From positions 25,530,225 to 25,594,224 of the forward strand of contig CM120640.1 of NCBI GenBank assembly GCA_051362555.1: a stretch of DNA of 64,000 bases, written 5' to 3'. Below, piece by piece: positions 12,667 to 30,988 of the stretch. Origin of the DNA: Lingula anatina (Eukaryota > Animalia > Brachiopoda). The notes under the pieces are model-generated. The model was not told the origin of the DNA. It worked only from the letters and a program-made list of their open reading frames with translations, and ran no database searches. Every line of letters starts with the position of its first letter. Positions within the stretch are counted from its first letter, which is position 1. A program made the position numbers and the translations under genes.

Positions 12667-15600
12667 ATGGCAAGTTGTGAAGATCTTTTTAGTGCTTTCT
12701 GTGGATTTGTCCTTATATATCTGGAATGTTTTCTTAAAACAGGTAGGGTTTTGATGTCGTCTTTTAAACTAGACGATTTTTACTTTTTTCTTTCTCAATT
12801 TCAAAATGAGGTTGTTCAACCAAAATTTCAGTAGTACTGAGCAAAGAGATATGCTTCTTGTTCACTTAAAGCTTCAATTGTTGTAACGCTTTTGTTATGT
12901 TTGCGGCAGGTAATACTGTAATGTTTAAAGTCCGTTCAGTTTGTGCAATATTACACAATGGATGTCCAAAATTAAGTTGGAGTTTTGTTTTTAAGAGGCT
13001 TTCTTTTACCCAACAATGTGTGCTCATTTATTAATAAAGACAAGGGAAGAAAGAAAGGAGACAAAGGAAGAGAACAAAGAAAATAAACCAAGCGGGATTC
13101 AGATGGAAATACCTTATTCATGTAAAAAGTGCATTGATTTAAGATAATTAGATTTGAATAGTTTTTCACTTGTAATAGGTAACATTGAAAAAAGTCCTAA
13201 TTTGCTAGTTATAGCAAGCTGGATGTTTTACCCTGTTTTATTTCTTGTCACAAACCAGATGTATCTGCATAGATCGAGAGACAAGATAATTGATAGGCCT
13301 AATGGAATTTGCATTAAAAGGACTAGATAAAGGAATGCAACTCGGTTTTGTGACTCTCGCTGAAATTAACCTTGCGTACCCATCCCCTACGAAAAGCTGT
13401 TACTAACATTCATAAGCTTTAGTAGTTGCCTAACCTAAATTAAACTATGGCCGACCTGAATTAAGCAAGACCTATCCAGGTCTGGCTCTCTGATGGCCAT
13501 AGCCTGACGTCAAGTCTATAATGAAACCCTTTTCAATGTTGCTGTGTCATTTCTGATATAGTAGGAAATGTACACTTTCCTCGAAGACGCGCTTCTTCTA
13601 CACAGGAAGCTTGTGTACGAAGTCCTGACAACGTTCATTTGGGTCCATACTATTGATATTGTCTTTATGCCGTGACCTAAGGATCCAGTATACTGAAACG
13701 TTATTACTGGATCCTAGTGTGACCCGACAAAACTGATGTTCTGCAATTTCAAAGGAAAATGGCAACTATAACGTATTTCTTGTTATCTCGGTCGTAGCAC
13801 ATTGAATTCAAATGATTCAAGATAATGTCAATAATATAACTTAAGAATTCTTAGCTTGAATCTTGTAGCGTTCTCATAATTAATCACCGGGTTTTATCTC
13901 TACTTAGTTCTCCCGCGGGACGCTTTATCAAGCAGTAGACGATCTCGAATTGATCGTTAACCGAGCATAACTGACTGATATTAATTGTTGTCGTGTGTCT
14001 TTTAATTTTTTGTCAGGAAAGACGCGCGAGCAATTGTTTTGGTCATCATGAGAAAATTACATTTATGTCTGTTAACTGCTTAAAATGACCCCAGCTTTTC
14101 TAAACGCCATAACCTACTGTCTCAATTCCCAAATGCGCTGCAACCTACAGCCTGATCAGAACATGACGTGTTCTCACAGTTCGCAGAAAACAATCAGATA
14201 TGGCAGCTCTGCTATCTGCCATCGGAATGATCGAGATAGAGGGTTGTAAAAATTATAAAAGCACATATATAACATAAATTGATACATGTTGATATTTGGT
14301 TTGATATCATGTTCATACTTTCATCGAATGGTCTCTCCGAATTCACTTTTGCCCGAAACCAACCAGCGCTTTATTCAATGGCGTTCTTCCATCTTCTGAA
14401 ATTACATTATGGCAACAGAAATCTTTATTCTTGTTATTGATAGTAGAAAAAAGGTATATTTAATATAAACCAAGCCAGTTCAAGGACGGGTACAGAAGAT
14501 CAGAAATCTCTTGAAAGATGCATCGTAGGCATAGTGGATAATTTGATTTCTGAATGGACGTTGGAAGACTATCAGCCCGAATGGAAGGCTGTCAACAACC
14601 TGGATATCTGGAGCCGGCACTGATATTTACGTGTCTTATTGTTCTTGACATCCACTCTATATAATTCTTGGATGTGTTCCAACCTGCAAATGGAGACATT
14701 CTTCAAGGCCAGAAACGCGCAAATACCAATTATTCTGATTATTACTGCATTCTATGATATGCGTTATTTTCAAGCCAAATTATTATCAATAAAAATTACT
14801 TTCAGTAAACAAAATGTAACGGATAATTAAGATTCGGTATAACGCGTCCGTATTAATTTATTAAGTATAAGTTGATGAGACCACTTGTATTGAAGCTTGA
14901 TGAGACTGTATGTATTGAATCTTGAATCTTGATTAAAGATTCACTTTGTCGAATTATGTTTCAACAATGTCATTTGCTTCAACAAAGAACATTTGGTCAC
15001 TGTAAAGATTGCAATGAAAACCGTAGATTTATGTGATTGATACATTTATCTGTGCGAAAGACTTGGAACTATTTCACTGATCTCCCTCAGTTGGTGATAG
15101 AAAGCAAAACACCATATGTCACCAAGTCTTGCTTCGTGATTATCATATAAAGTATTTCTTACACTAAACTAAACCAATAAATAAACCTTGTAATCCCTGC
15201 ACAGTGGCGAATGGTGTAAGTTTTTTGCAAGGTTCATATCGAAAGACTATTTGTTCAAACTCCGATAAAAAAAGTTTTGATTAATATTATCATCGCAAGC
15301 AAGATTAACAAAATAATCCATCTGTGACGGCCCAGGAATCAGTCTTACCAGTATGTTTGGTTACAATTGGAGAATCGCATTCAGAATACAGGACGCAGAA
15401 GCTATGTTCCATATACCTTCAATGTCAATTCTTGTCTTGCATAAATTATCATCGTATGCTCTGTATTCTTTGACTTGGTTTGCCAGTTCATAGAAATAAA
15501 GCGCTTTCCGTTCATATTGCCCTTTAATTTTTTTCGTTTTTTTTATATCAAAGCAAATGTAAAAAGGGAAAATTGTTGCCTTACAGCGATTTAATTTTTT

Positions 15601-15808
15601 TCTTTCAGTGGAGGCCAAAGGTGGAGCATCTGCCGCAGCAGGGGGAACCGTTGCAAGAAACCAGAATAACGGGGTGAGTGGCTCTCAAGAGGACGACCAG
15701 GGACTCACCGTCATTATCCTATGCGTTCTCGGCGGCGTCGTCGGGTTCCTTGTACTTGTAGCAGTTATGTGGTTCTGCGCGAGGAGAGTGCTGAAAAACA
15801 GTTCTTAG
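12667..15808 (+). CDS. Putative 91-aa single-pass membrane microprotein (2 exons), family unknown
   Basis: Exon 12667-12742 (aagATGG; MASCEDLFSAFCGFVLIYLECFLKT; donor AG|gtagg) joins in phase to 15609-15808 (acceptor tttttctttcag|) giving VEAKGGASAAAGG...EDDQG, TM LTVIILCVLGGVVGFLVLVAVMWFCA, then RRVLKNSS*. Total 276 nt = 92 codons. Confidence 0.65.
13678..13717. mobile_element. Ultra-short palindromic insert with 7-bp TSD
   Basis: Arms aggatccagta / tactggatcct; flanks cgtgacc (13671-13677) and tgtgacc (13718-13724). Confidence 0.5.
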
Positions 15809-18659
15809 ACCGTTACCATATCTGAAAATAAAATGGTTCTTCTTATCAATTATCAAAGTTTGATTTGAAACCACATCTTCCATTACGGAGTGTCTCATGG
15901 GAATGTGGTAGGCCTACCGGCCGGTGCAAACTTCATCGATTTTCTTAGAAAAAAGTCTTTTCTGGCAAAATGGATTTAATTGGGATGCAGCCAGTAAGGT
16001 ATGCACAAAGGAAACAACAAGATAACACTTCGGCGTAATAGTCCAAGAGTTCAAAGAGACGACCAATGGAGCGCCCACTTCGATAACTTTTTGCCAGACA
16101 GTCACTACAGACAAGGAGAGACATTGATTGTTTCCTGTACTTTTTCTATTAAAATATGTTTATCAAGCTTGGTTTGTAGGACTGTTGTCGCTATCCTAAT
16201 AAGAATGTCACAAAGTATTGCTTAAGAGAAACAAACATGTGAATACCGCAAGTAAGTATATTCCATTATATGGAATATTTAGGTTATTTATATCTTGTTT
16301 TATCTTGATAATAATTGTATTTTTCTTCTTGTACTTAATTAAAATGAATTACACTTATGCCCACACACACACATGGGATTCATATCTCATAAAACATTCC
16401 CTAAAATAGTTTTGAATATTATATGTATCATGATAAATTTAACATTTTACGAACACCTCATTGAGAAATTCGACCAACAGAAGATCGTTACAAACGCTTA
16501 CTCTGTCTGCGAAATGTGTACAACATCCTTTGTTTCTAAATATTTTCATCACCCCATTTTAACCCTGATCGTATTTTTTTTTTGTACTGGGGTGGTTGAA
16601 AAAAGATATTTCGCTTGCTAAAACATTTTAAAATATATCCTTTACAGCGTTTTGTAAGAACCAAATTATTATGATTCTTATCAATTGTGAGTGATGTGAG
16701 CTTCCTCAATGAAGGAAATTTTAAGTAACGTGATAATTCTATATTTATTTCTTAAAATAAACGATTCAATAAAATTTTCAAAAATTCAATGTTTTTTTTT
16801 TTTTTTTTTTTTGATTTATTACTCTTTTTCGGTGAAATGGTCATTACGAGGGCGCAGAGTACATACGTGTCATATTACTGTACTGAAACTTGGGATATTG
16901 TAGAGGACAGAGAGAAAAGAAAAAAAATCCTCAAAGTTATTACCTGTAACATGGCTTTTGAAGCACTAAGTATTTTATTACAGGAAAATAAAAATTCAGA
17001 CAATATAAATCACACGAATAGTCTCTTCAGGAATCTACGTCTAGGAGCGATTTATGAGACTGCAGAGATCTCTCAAAAATAACGACCTAGTCACATAAAT
17101 ATGAGCCAAGACAAAATCATGGGCAGGGTATGCTGTTGATCCCGAACCCAAAGGGAATAGGTTTAAAATTAATCAAACGATTTCGTGGAGAGCTAATCAA
17201 GTTTCTCTGCAACTGAACACAATCCAGCATTAAATTCCAGTATAAACTATAGCGCGTGCTGGTTTTCTGTGGCGTCAGCTGAATGTAGAAGCAACCAAAT
17301 CTGGCATAAAACATTTGAAACGTCCTCATTTGAGTTATTTATAAAGTAAGTCTCAAATTTTATACAAGTTTTATTTACATCGATTTTTAATGCAATATAC
17401 AAGTTAATTATGACAGAATAAAGAATGTAAACAACAGCTTGAAAAAGAAGTCTCATAATGTAAGACTTTCCCTACTTGATAATTTTAGACAGTATTTATA
17501 TTATTAATGTATAAATATTTGAAAGACCTGGAAACCAGGGTATATTATATAGATCTCTTCTGTTATCATGTTAAGAATGTAAAACCAAATCACTTGAAAT
17601 GCATCAATCCATCTTGAAATTTATAACTGTACAAAATAACATTGGCAAAATGTGACCTTATCAAAAGGGGGGAGGGTAAAAAGTCTTTCAAATGCAAGAC
17701 AAATACTAAGAGTGCGGATCTCTTCCTATTAGAAGTCAAATGCATTTATTGAATATCTGGGCATTTCCACAAAAACTCAATGTTCAACTTAATGGCATTA
17801 ACCAAAGCTTGTCAATTGTCACTTTTCTCAAGCCTTCCCTTTGAAACATCAGAATCATACTTTCATCCACTGTACACGTCATTGATCACAAGTACACATT
17901 AATAACCTAAACACGTTTAGGACAGGTTGATCATCATTGCAAGCGGAACATCCATTTTGCAGTACGAAAAAAGAATCAATAACTCTAAGCCCTAGAAGAA
18001 AACTGCTTAGACCCATGCTGACTTACAGAACTTCATGATGAATTACTCAAAATGTGATTTACATAGCATTTATTAATGAACAATAATTCCCTAAAACTAC
18101 AAGAGCTTATATGCTTATCCCAAACATTTCAGAAAACAAGCAGCTTTGCAAATTCCCCCCACTGTCCATCATTCAAAATTTACTGTTTAAACTTTCACAC
18201 AAACAATTCATCTACAAATGCCTTTATGCAAGCCCCTACAACATGAATTTACATGTTCAAATGAACAAGGGTGCAGTCTGCAGTTTCTGGTGAAAAACAA
18301 CCAGGATTAAAACACTAATGTGAATCATTATCTACCTAAGTTTGGCTTGGTAACTTATATTCAAAATCCTTACCTATTCTATGGGGCCACTTTCCATTTT
18401 GGCAAGTGCCTGCTGTTTAGCCAAAAGATTTAATCCTGCAGACACAATTAAGTAACCCATGAGATCACAACCTAATCTAGCAAAAATGACGAAAAGGTCA
18501 TAAAATCTCAAGACACCTCTGGCATTATAAAACTGTCATCCAGCTGAAATAAACTGCATCCATTAAGCTCAGTTTTTAAATTCTCAACTTCATATTTAAT
18601 GATAAGCACTGGATTCTGACACCAAAAAAGCTTTTTTCTCCAATTATGGTGCGCTGTTC

Positions 18660-24497
<5,838 letters not shown>

Positions 24498-24801
24498 GTT
24501 GATGAAATATTTCGACTTACAAACTTGTAAAAAATAAAGGGTAAAATAGTCTGACAAATCCCTCGTTGCATAAGTTTCTTTCTTCTCACAAAGATGTCAA
24601 ATTATTAAATAAGAAATAAAACTGGACATCCAAACCCTCTGTTACTTCTGAAATCCCGATTCAAATTTGCCAGTATTCTTTGCCTTTTAAATCCAGGGGC
24701 TCTTTGATTGGATGACCCGGTTTTGTTCGTGCTGATTGGATAAACGTGACCTGCGCAGATTTTCCGCAGATCAGAGGTCACATTACTGAAAGGAGGCCAA
24801 C
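24498..24801. promoter_or_regulatory. Bidirectional PLK1/PINX1 promoter with CCAAT pair and CHR-like element
   Basis: On the PLK1 (minus) strand: CCAAT 24739-24735 and 24711-24707, TTTAAA 24691-24686, TTTGAA 24665-24660; YY1-like aacATGGCG overlaps the PINX1 start. Confidence 0.65.
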
Positions 24802-27800
24802 ATGGCGATGCTGGCAGAGCCCCGTCGAAAACAGAAATACTCTGTTGATCCGAGGGGCTTACAATGGAGCAATGGTAATAGTTCTCATTTGATTATAAAG
24901 TGTGGGTAACTGTAGTTTTCCTAGCAAGTTAATTTTATTAAATCGTAATTACCACGTGTGGTGCTGTGGTTATTATAGTTCGGTCTAATCCCACGTGGAC
25001 TTTCGCGTAGGCTATAAATTGTACTGAACTGCAGTTAACACCATCGACTGTCACTTTGATTGGTCAATGAATAAAAAAAATACATATAACGACCTAAAAA
25101 AACCTACATATAATTACTTAAGATGGCTACGTTAGACTAATGTTTTGCAAAAACTCTATCAAACTTCTCTAACACGCAGGCGAGCACATAATGCTGTGGC
25201 GACGTGCCGCCTGCTTTGAATGTATTTATTATGTATATCTTTATTGTAGAAGTAAATGTGTTAAAAAATAATAAAAAAAACCTAGTCTGAAGTCAAGAGA
25301 AGTGTTATTTTTACATTAGTTTATAGCACGAAAGTACAAATGTCATCAGTGGGACCATTCAGAGTAGAAGATCCAAGTATCATCTGGTCCAAGACTCAAG
25401 TATGGCGGACCCTACATTGCACTTGAAAGAAAGAAAGACTGCTTAATCCTGTAATGCTCTCTCCACCTCTCACACACCTCCTCACACGTCTGGTCGAATG
25501 GAGTTGAGATCTAATTAGGGGGCCCCTGCAGTAAAGCTGTGTGGGGAGGCGTGTGAGAGGTGGAGAGACCATTACAGGATTAAGCGGTCTTCCTTTCACG
25601 TAGGTCTGCCATATTTAAGCCGCAGACCAGTAAGCACTTGGATCTTCTCATTCTGAATGGCCCCAATGACAATTTCATGACTCGTGCCATGGTATTCTTA
25701 AAGGTATACTGTCAGCGTTTGGACCTGTTCTGTTTTCTATATATGTCTATAAATATCCTGCAAATCTACTGCAAATCCTAGAAACTGTGGAAGTATTTGA
25801 TTACTGATGTTATTTCTTTCTTTATTTTTTATTATCATTTTTTTTACGAATGCAGTTATGTGATGACTTTGGTTAATGTCTCAACTATTCAATGAAATTA
25901 TTAGATGCACAGCTGTGGAGTTAAGCATAAAGTATGATCATTTGTTTGAAAATAGCATAATCATAATAAGATAATATTAAATAGCAACCATAAATAACTC
26001 AACACAATTATTAAATGTTGGGTTGTATTGGTATTTGATTTATTTATCAATTAATTGCAGATGAAAACAAATTTGGACAGAAAATGTTGGAGAAAATGGG
26101 CTGGCAAAAAGGGAAAGGTTTAGGAGCTAATGAGAGTGGGATAACAGAGCATGTGAAAGTCAACCTGAAGTCAGATAACAGAGGTATATTTCAAACTTTT
26201 TTCTATAATGATTATGATACATGTGAGCACATAACTTAACCATATGTTTTTAAATATTTCTTTTCAAACATTTTATGTCACACCATTTCAGCTTTGTTTC
26301 ACACAATTTAAAATTTGTAAAATAATTTCAATATGCCTTTATACACCAGGTGTTGGTTGCAGTAAAAAACATGCAGACAATTGGATAGCCCATCAGGATG
26401 ATTTTGCTGCTTTATTGGACAACCTCAATCAAAGCCATGGGGTTGCAACGACTAGTGACAATGACTCGAGCAGTGCTAAAAGCCTTGCTGAAAAGTCTAA
26501 ATCATCAAAAGCCAGAGTACAGTGAGTTTTTTTTTTTTTTTTTTTTACTTTTTATTATATTATATTCCTAAATCTAATGATGTTATGATAGAGTCTACTA
26601 AGTTACTTTGAATTAATTGTGGCTTAATAATCTGAGATAAGCCACATGATCATTAAAATCACTAAGTCTGAACAAAAGGTTACAGGGGCGGATCCAGAAA
26701 TATTTTTTGATAGTCTTTCAAATTATCTTTGTTGATCCCTCTTCCATTTTTGACCATCTTCCGACAGTAAAAATTAGATACCCATCAATGTAAACTTGAA
26801 ACTCTGACCCTCTTCCGGAAGGCCCAGAAGACAGCCTCAATCTGCCCCTGGGTTGATTATGTCTCAGCTGTGAAAGCTTTGATATAAGGGAAAATAACTC
26901 CAACCATGCATTAACACTTAAACTAATACTCAAAATAATTTCAATTGACTTTCAGTAAAACTTAAACAGTTTCTGACCTGGCTTCAAATTAAAATGATGT
27001 AAGGAGGTAGCTAGAGAAAGATAGCAAAAAAATTATTTTCGTGTGTTTACTATTCCCATTTGAAATTGACAATACTGAATCAATTTTACATAGACACCAC
27101 AACACCTTGCAAATGAGTTCATGCTTTATGTGATGGGAACATGGTCAAAGTTGGATATCCCATGCCGCAATTAGTACTAGTAAGATTTTACTGACCCAAA
27201 TGAGAGACCAATAGAAATTTAGAATAGTAGTTATACTGTAATTGCTTGATAAATACAGTTTTTAGACAAAATGTGCATGTTACATTTGTCAGCACTGTTG
27301 TTTGTAACCATTTCACAACTTCAATGCAGCTACCACCGCTTTACAAAAGGCAAAGACCTGTCATTAGCTAAAACGGAGGACTTGGATAGTATTTTTGGGA
27401 AAAAGAAAAGCAAGTCTGCACCAGTCACTCCACAGAACAGGTCTGAAGTAAGTATATATGTAATGTTTTTGGTTTATTATATGTAAATCAATGTTCTTGT
27501 ACTGGAAATACTTGAGAAAACAAAATGGTTTTTATAGAAAATAAAGATACTTGAGAAGGTCACTAAAAATCACTGAAATTTTACTAACTTGAAAACCAGT
27601 GTGAAAATTCCAATATTTTTTCAATCATAAGGTATTTTTTACTTTTAGATTTATTTATTTAATTTTATTAATTGATTACTTTTTTGACAACTGAAGTTTC
27701 AGTCCTTATAACACAATATTTTCCTGGATGATAAGTATGCATGGAAACTTTCAGGTAAATTCTGATGCAGAGAGCACCAACTCTGATCCAGCCAGCAATG

Positions 27801-28543
27801 AAGCAAAACATGGAATTATTACATACACTAGCAGTACAAATGTGCAGGATTACTTTGCTCAGAAGATGGCTGAAGTTGCAAAATACAGACAAGGACATAA
27901 AGATTTAGATGAATCACAAGATGGTTTAAAGAACCCTGGATTTGGATTTAGTCAGGTAGAAGAATCTGTTAATTGCCCTGGATTTGGTTTGAATCAGCCA
28001 AATATAAAAGAAGATGTAAAAATTAATTCACAAGAAGGAAATGACCAACCTTTGCTGGCTGAAACTGACATAGTTGAAAAGAGTTTGAAGAGAAAGAAAA
28101 GCAAAAAGAAGAAGAAATCAAAAATGGCAGATGACGAATTGGAACAGGATGAGCTTCCCAAGAAGAGAGACAAAAACCGAGTGAGGGGGGTAGAGAAATG
28201 GATTACCTCAGTTGAAGTTAATCCTGACAAACCTGAAAGTTTCCCCGATGATAATCTTGAAGTGAAATTAGAAAAAGACATTGTAAATGAATATTGCACT
28301 AAGTCAAACAACGAAGAGGAAAAAGAGCTGAAGAAAAGGAAAAAGAAATGCAAAAAGAGAAAAAAGGAAGTAGTAGAAAATTTAGATGAATTGGAGTTAT
28401 TGTGTAAAAGTGATGAAACTGATGTGGAAAAAAAACTTGATTTTGGATTTCCAGGTAGTAATCTGGATGAAATACCAGGATATGGTCATATTCCAACTGC
28501 CAGTTTAAAAGCAAGAAAGAAAAAAAGGAAACGAAAGAACTAA
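24802..28543 (+). CDS. PINX1: PIN2/TERF1-interacting telomerase inhibitor 1 (G-patch protein), 5 coding exons
   Basis: Exons 24802-24874 (MAMLAEPRRKQKYSVDPRGLQWSN), 26061-26183 (G-patch KFGQKMLEKMGWQKGKGLG), 26350-26521 (DNWIAHQDDFAALLDNLN), 27330-27447 (YHRFTKGKDLS...DLDSIFGK), 27755-28543 (VQDYFAQKM, Lys-rich tail). Confidence 0.94.
25322..25693. mobile_element. Long fold-back (palindromic) MITE in PINX1 intron 1
   Basis: About 150-bp imperfect arms, e.g. gcttaatcctgtaatgctctctccacctctcacac vs gtgtgagaggtggagagaccattacaggattaagc, and ccattcagagtagaagatccaagt vs acttggatcttctcattctgaatgg, around a loop of about 50 nt. Confidence 0.75.
26683..26850. mobile_element. CAGGGGCGGAT-type MITE with 5-bp TSD
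   Basis: Termini caggggcggat / atctgcccctg; flanks ggtta / ggttg; lies in PINX1 intron 3. Confidence 0.75.
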
Positions 28544-30988
28544 CCAGTCCCTTGCACTCCCCCCCCACACACACACACAAAAAGGAAGGATGGAGGGGCA
28601 CAAAATTGAATGACTGATTTTTTAAAAACTTATGTCACATGAAACATTTATTGAAATATTTGACATTTCTTTAAAGGATCCAGAAACTGAAAGATCATGT
28701 CTCAATTGACACATTTCATTCTTAGATGCATTGTTTGTCTGAAACATTTTAGTATATTACATTGAATATTTATGAATAAATGGTTATAACATAAATTATA
28801 ATGACCTGATATTACTCAGATAATTAATAAAACATTGCATCATTAAACAGATATGTAACTCTATGATTAATTGTCATTTGTTGTTTGGTCATCAGTTTTG
28901 TGATGTTTTTTAATCCAACATCATCAGTAGTGAAAGTTGTTGTCAATGAAATAAACATTTCTTTAATGGGATGTGTACTATAAATATGTCATTCATCTTT
29001 TCCTAAAGTACCAAAATGGTAACTTTTGAAAGAATTGGTCTATTTAGCTATGCATACAAGACTGTATTTAAATTTTTCTTAGACTCCTATATTTTCATAC
29101 CTCCAGAACACCACATTATTTTATGAGACGGCCCTTTTCTTCACTTGACAAGGAAAATATTTGCATCCTTTTTGTAAAAAAAAAAAAAAAAAAAAAGCTT
29201 TGTTGTAGGTAAGTTCTTTCATAAACTAATTAGGGTACAGTGTACTGTATGACAAAAGTACATGATGTATGAAAATAAAAAATTAAGGGCAATGTAAACT
29301 CTGTATGCTGTCAAAATGTAACTAAATTTGTTTCGCTCGCTGCGGGAAAAAAAATGGACTAGTCTCCCTAAACAAAAGTACAAATATTACCAGTGACAAT
29401 GCCAATCTGTTGAGAAAAGGCCGGTTTGCCACAAATGCAAGTTACGAGTAACTGCGCACTGGCGATGCGTCAGTTGAGACTTGTTAGGATCACTGGGCCT
29501 TATATATTGCGTTTGAATATAAATAAGCAAAGAAAGTGCAACGAAAAACTCATCAATAGATTATTATTCAAATAACGACAGTTTTTACGTATCACATGGA
29601 TCTGTCACTCAGCCCAACGTCTAACCAACCTATTTTTTGACGTCATGTTTACAGTTTATACAGGTGGAGATTTTCACTCGCACCACGTGTCGATCGATAT
29701 AAATAGAAAGAAAAATACCAATTTTTATTGGGCTAAGCGGCATCGTACGATGTAGCAGTACATACGAAGCTGTCTGGCCAGGAGAAAGGGCGTACCGGTG
29801 CATATTGGGCTTATGCAAGGTACGTTTATTTTAGTATTAAAAAGGTTTTGTCTGTCAATTTGCAAAATTCATTTCAGAAGAAAATGATATCGAGTGTGCT
29901 GACATGTATTGAAATTCTGTCTCCCATTATTTCTGACTTTGTTGCGGCCAGCGAGGCTGCGTGCATCCAGCAGCAGGCAGAACTACAGGTAGACACTGCC
30001 GACACTGAGACCGGTACGAATACCTGTACTTCTGTATTAGTGCAAGTGCTTACAGTATGCACTCTAACCAGAAGTATTTGATTACCATTGTTTTATTTAT
30101 TTACCTATTTTTTTACGAATGCAGCTATGTGATGACTTTGGTTATCAAATATTCAATAAAATTATTAGATATACAGCTGTATCTAAGTTGCTTGCATATG
30201 GTGCATTTGTCACACAAAGGTCTAGTTATTAATTTTCTTATAGTGAATGGAGATAAGTAGCATTTTTATTTTACTTGTATAAACATATAAAATCAAATGA
30301 TAGATACATTAAGGGAAATGTTATCTTTGCCACAGAGATTCTGTTCATTGAGCAAATAATAAATTTACTTCATATGCGTGTGCCATCACCCTTGTTATGC
30401 GGGCTAGGTGAGTGTGAATAAGTACTAAAAGTAGTGATGCGCAAATGATTGACATGGACACCAATATTTTTTGAAAAAGGCACATGTTATGAATGTTTGT
30501 ATAATGCAGTGTAAGAGATAAACCTGGAAACTAAACACCATTGCCTCTAGTCTTGAGTAATTTAAATGTCAGCAGACAATAATCACAAAAAGTTTCAGGT
30601 GATTATACCCAGCTTTTAATGGTGTAGTCTTCCAATGCACACCTGTACTTCCTCAGTAAGAGGTCTACCTGGATGGCACAATAATTTTATAGTGCAGGGG
30701 CAGCTGCATTTTGAAAGGTCATTGGTCTGTTTTTTTTTTCCTCTCACGCAGGATTTGTTTATCTGCCAGTAGCTCCTACAGAAGATATTAAGGTGGTCAT
30801 GTCTAAAGTGATCTTTTATCTCTGATATGATCAAATCTGGGTGGGTATTAATGTATTTTGTGTTGAAACTGTTATGTCATTTTTTAACTCTTAAAATATT
30901 GTTACATTATTTTTAAATTAACTTTTCTTAGTACGTCTTCTACATTGAGTTGAGTGTATTTTTCCTTACAGTATACTGAGAAGTCACC

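Noticed and set aside
14470-14700. Minus-strand acceptor (ccatttgcag) followed by short open frames inside the microprotein intron
   Set aside because: All frames stop within about 36 codons, with no recognisable motif or upstream exon.
15608-15808. Resemblance of KGG...AAAG to Shadoo/prion-family proteins
   Set aside because: No RGG repeats, no long palindromic Ala tract, and a TM with basic tail rather than a clear GPI signal; the similarity is low-complexity.
17117-17329. 70-aa ATG-initiated minus-strand ORF
   Set aside because: No recognisable domain or splice context; the length is expected by chance.
27994-28601. Antisense ORFs over the last PINX1 exon (and similar ones over DHCR7, copine and TEKT1)
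   Set aside because: Shadow frames of real coding exons.
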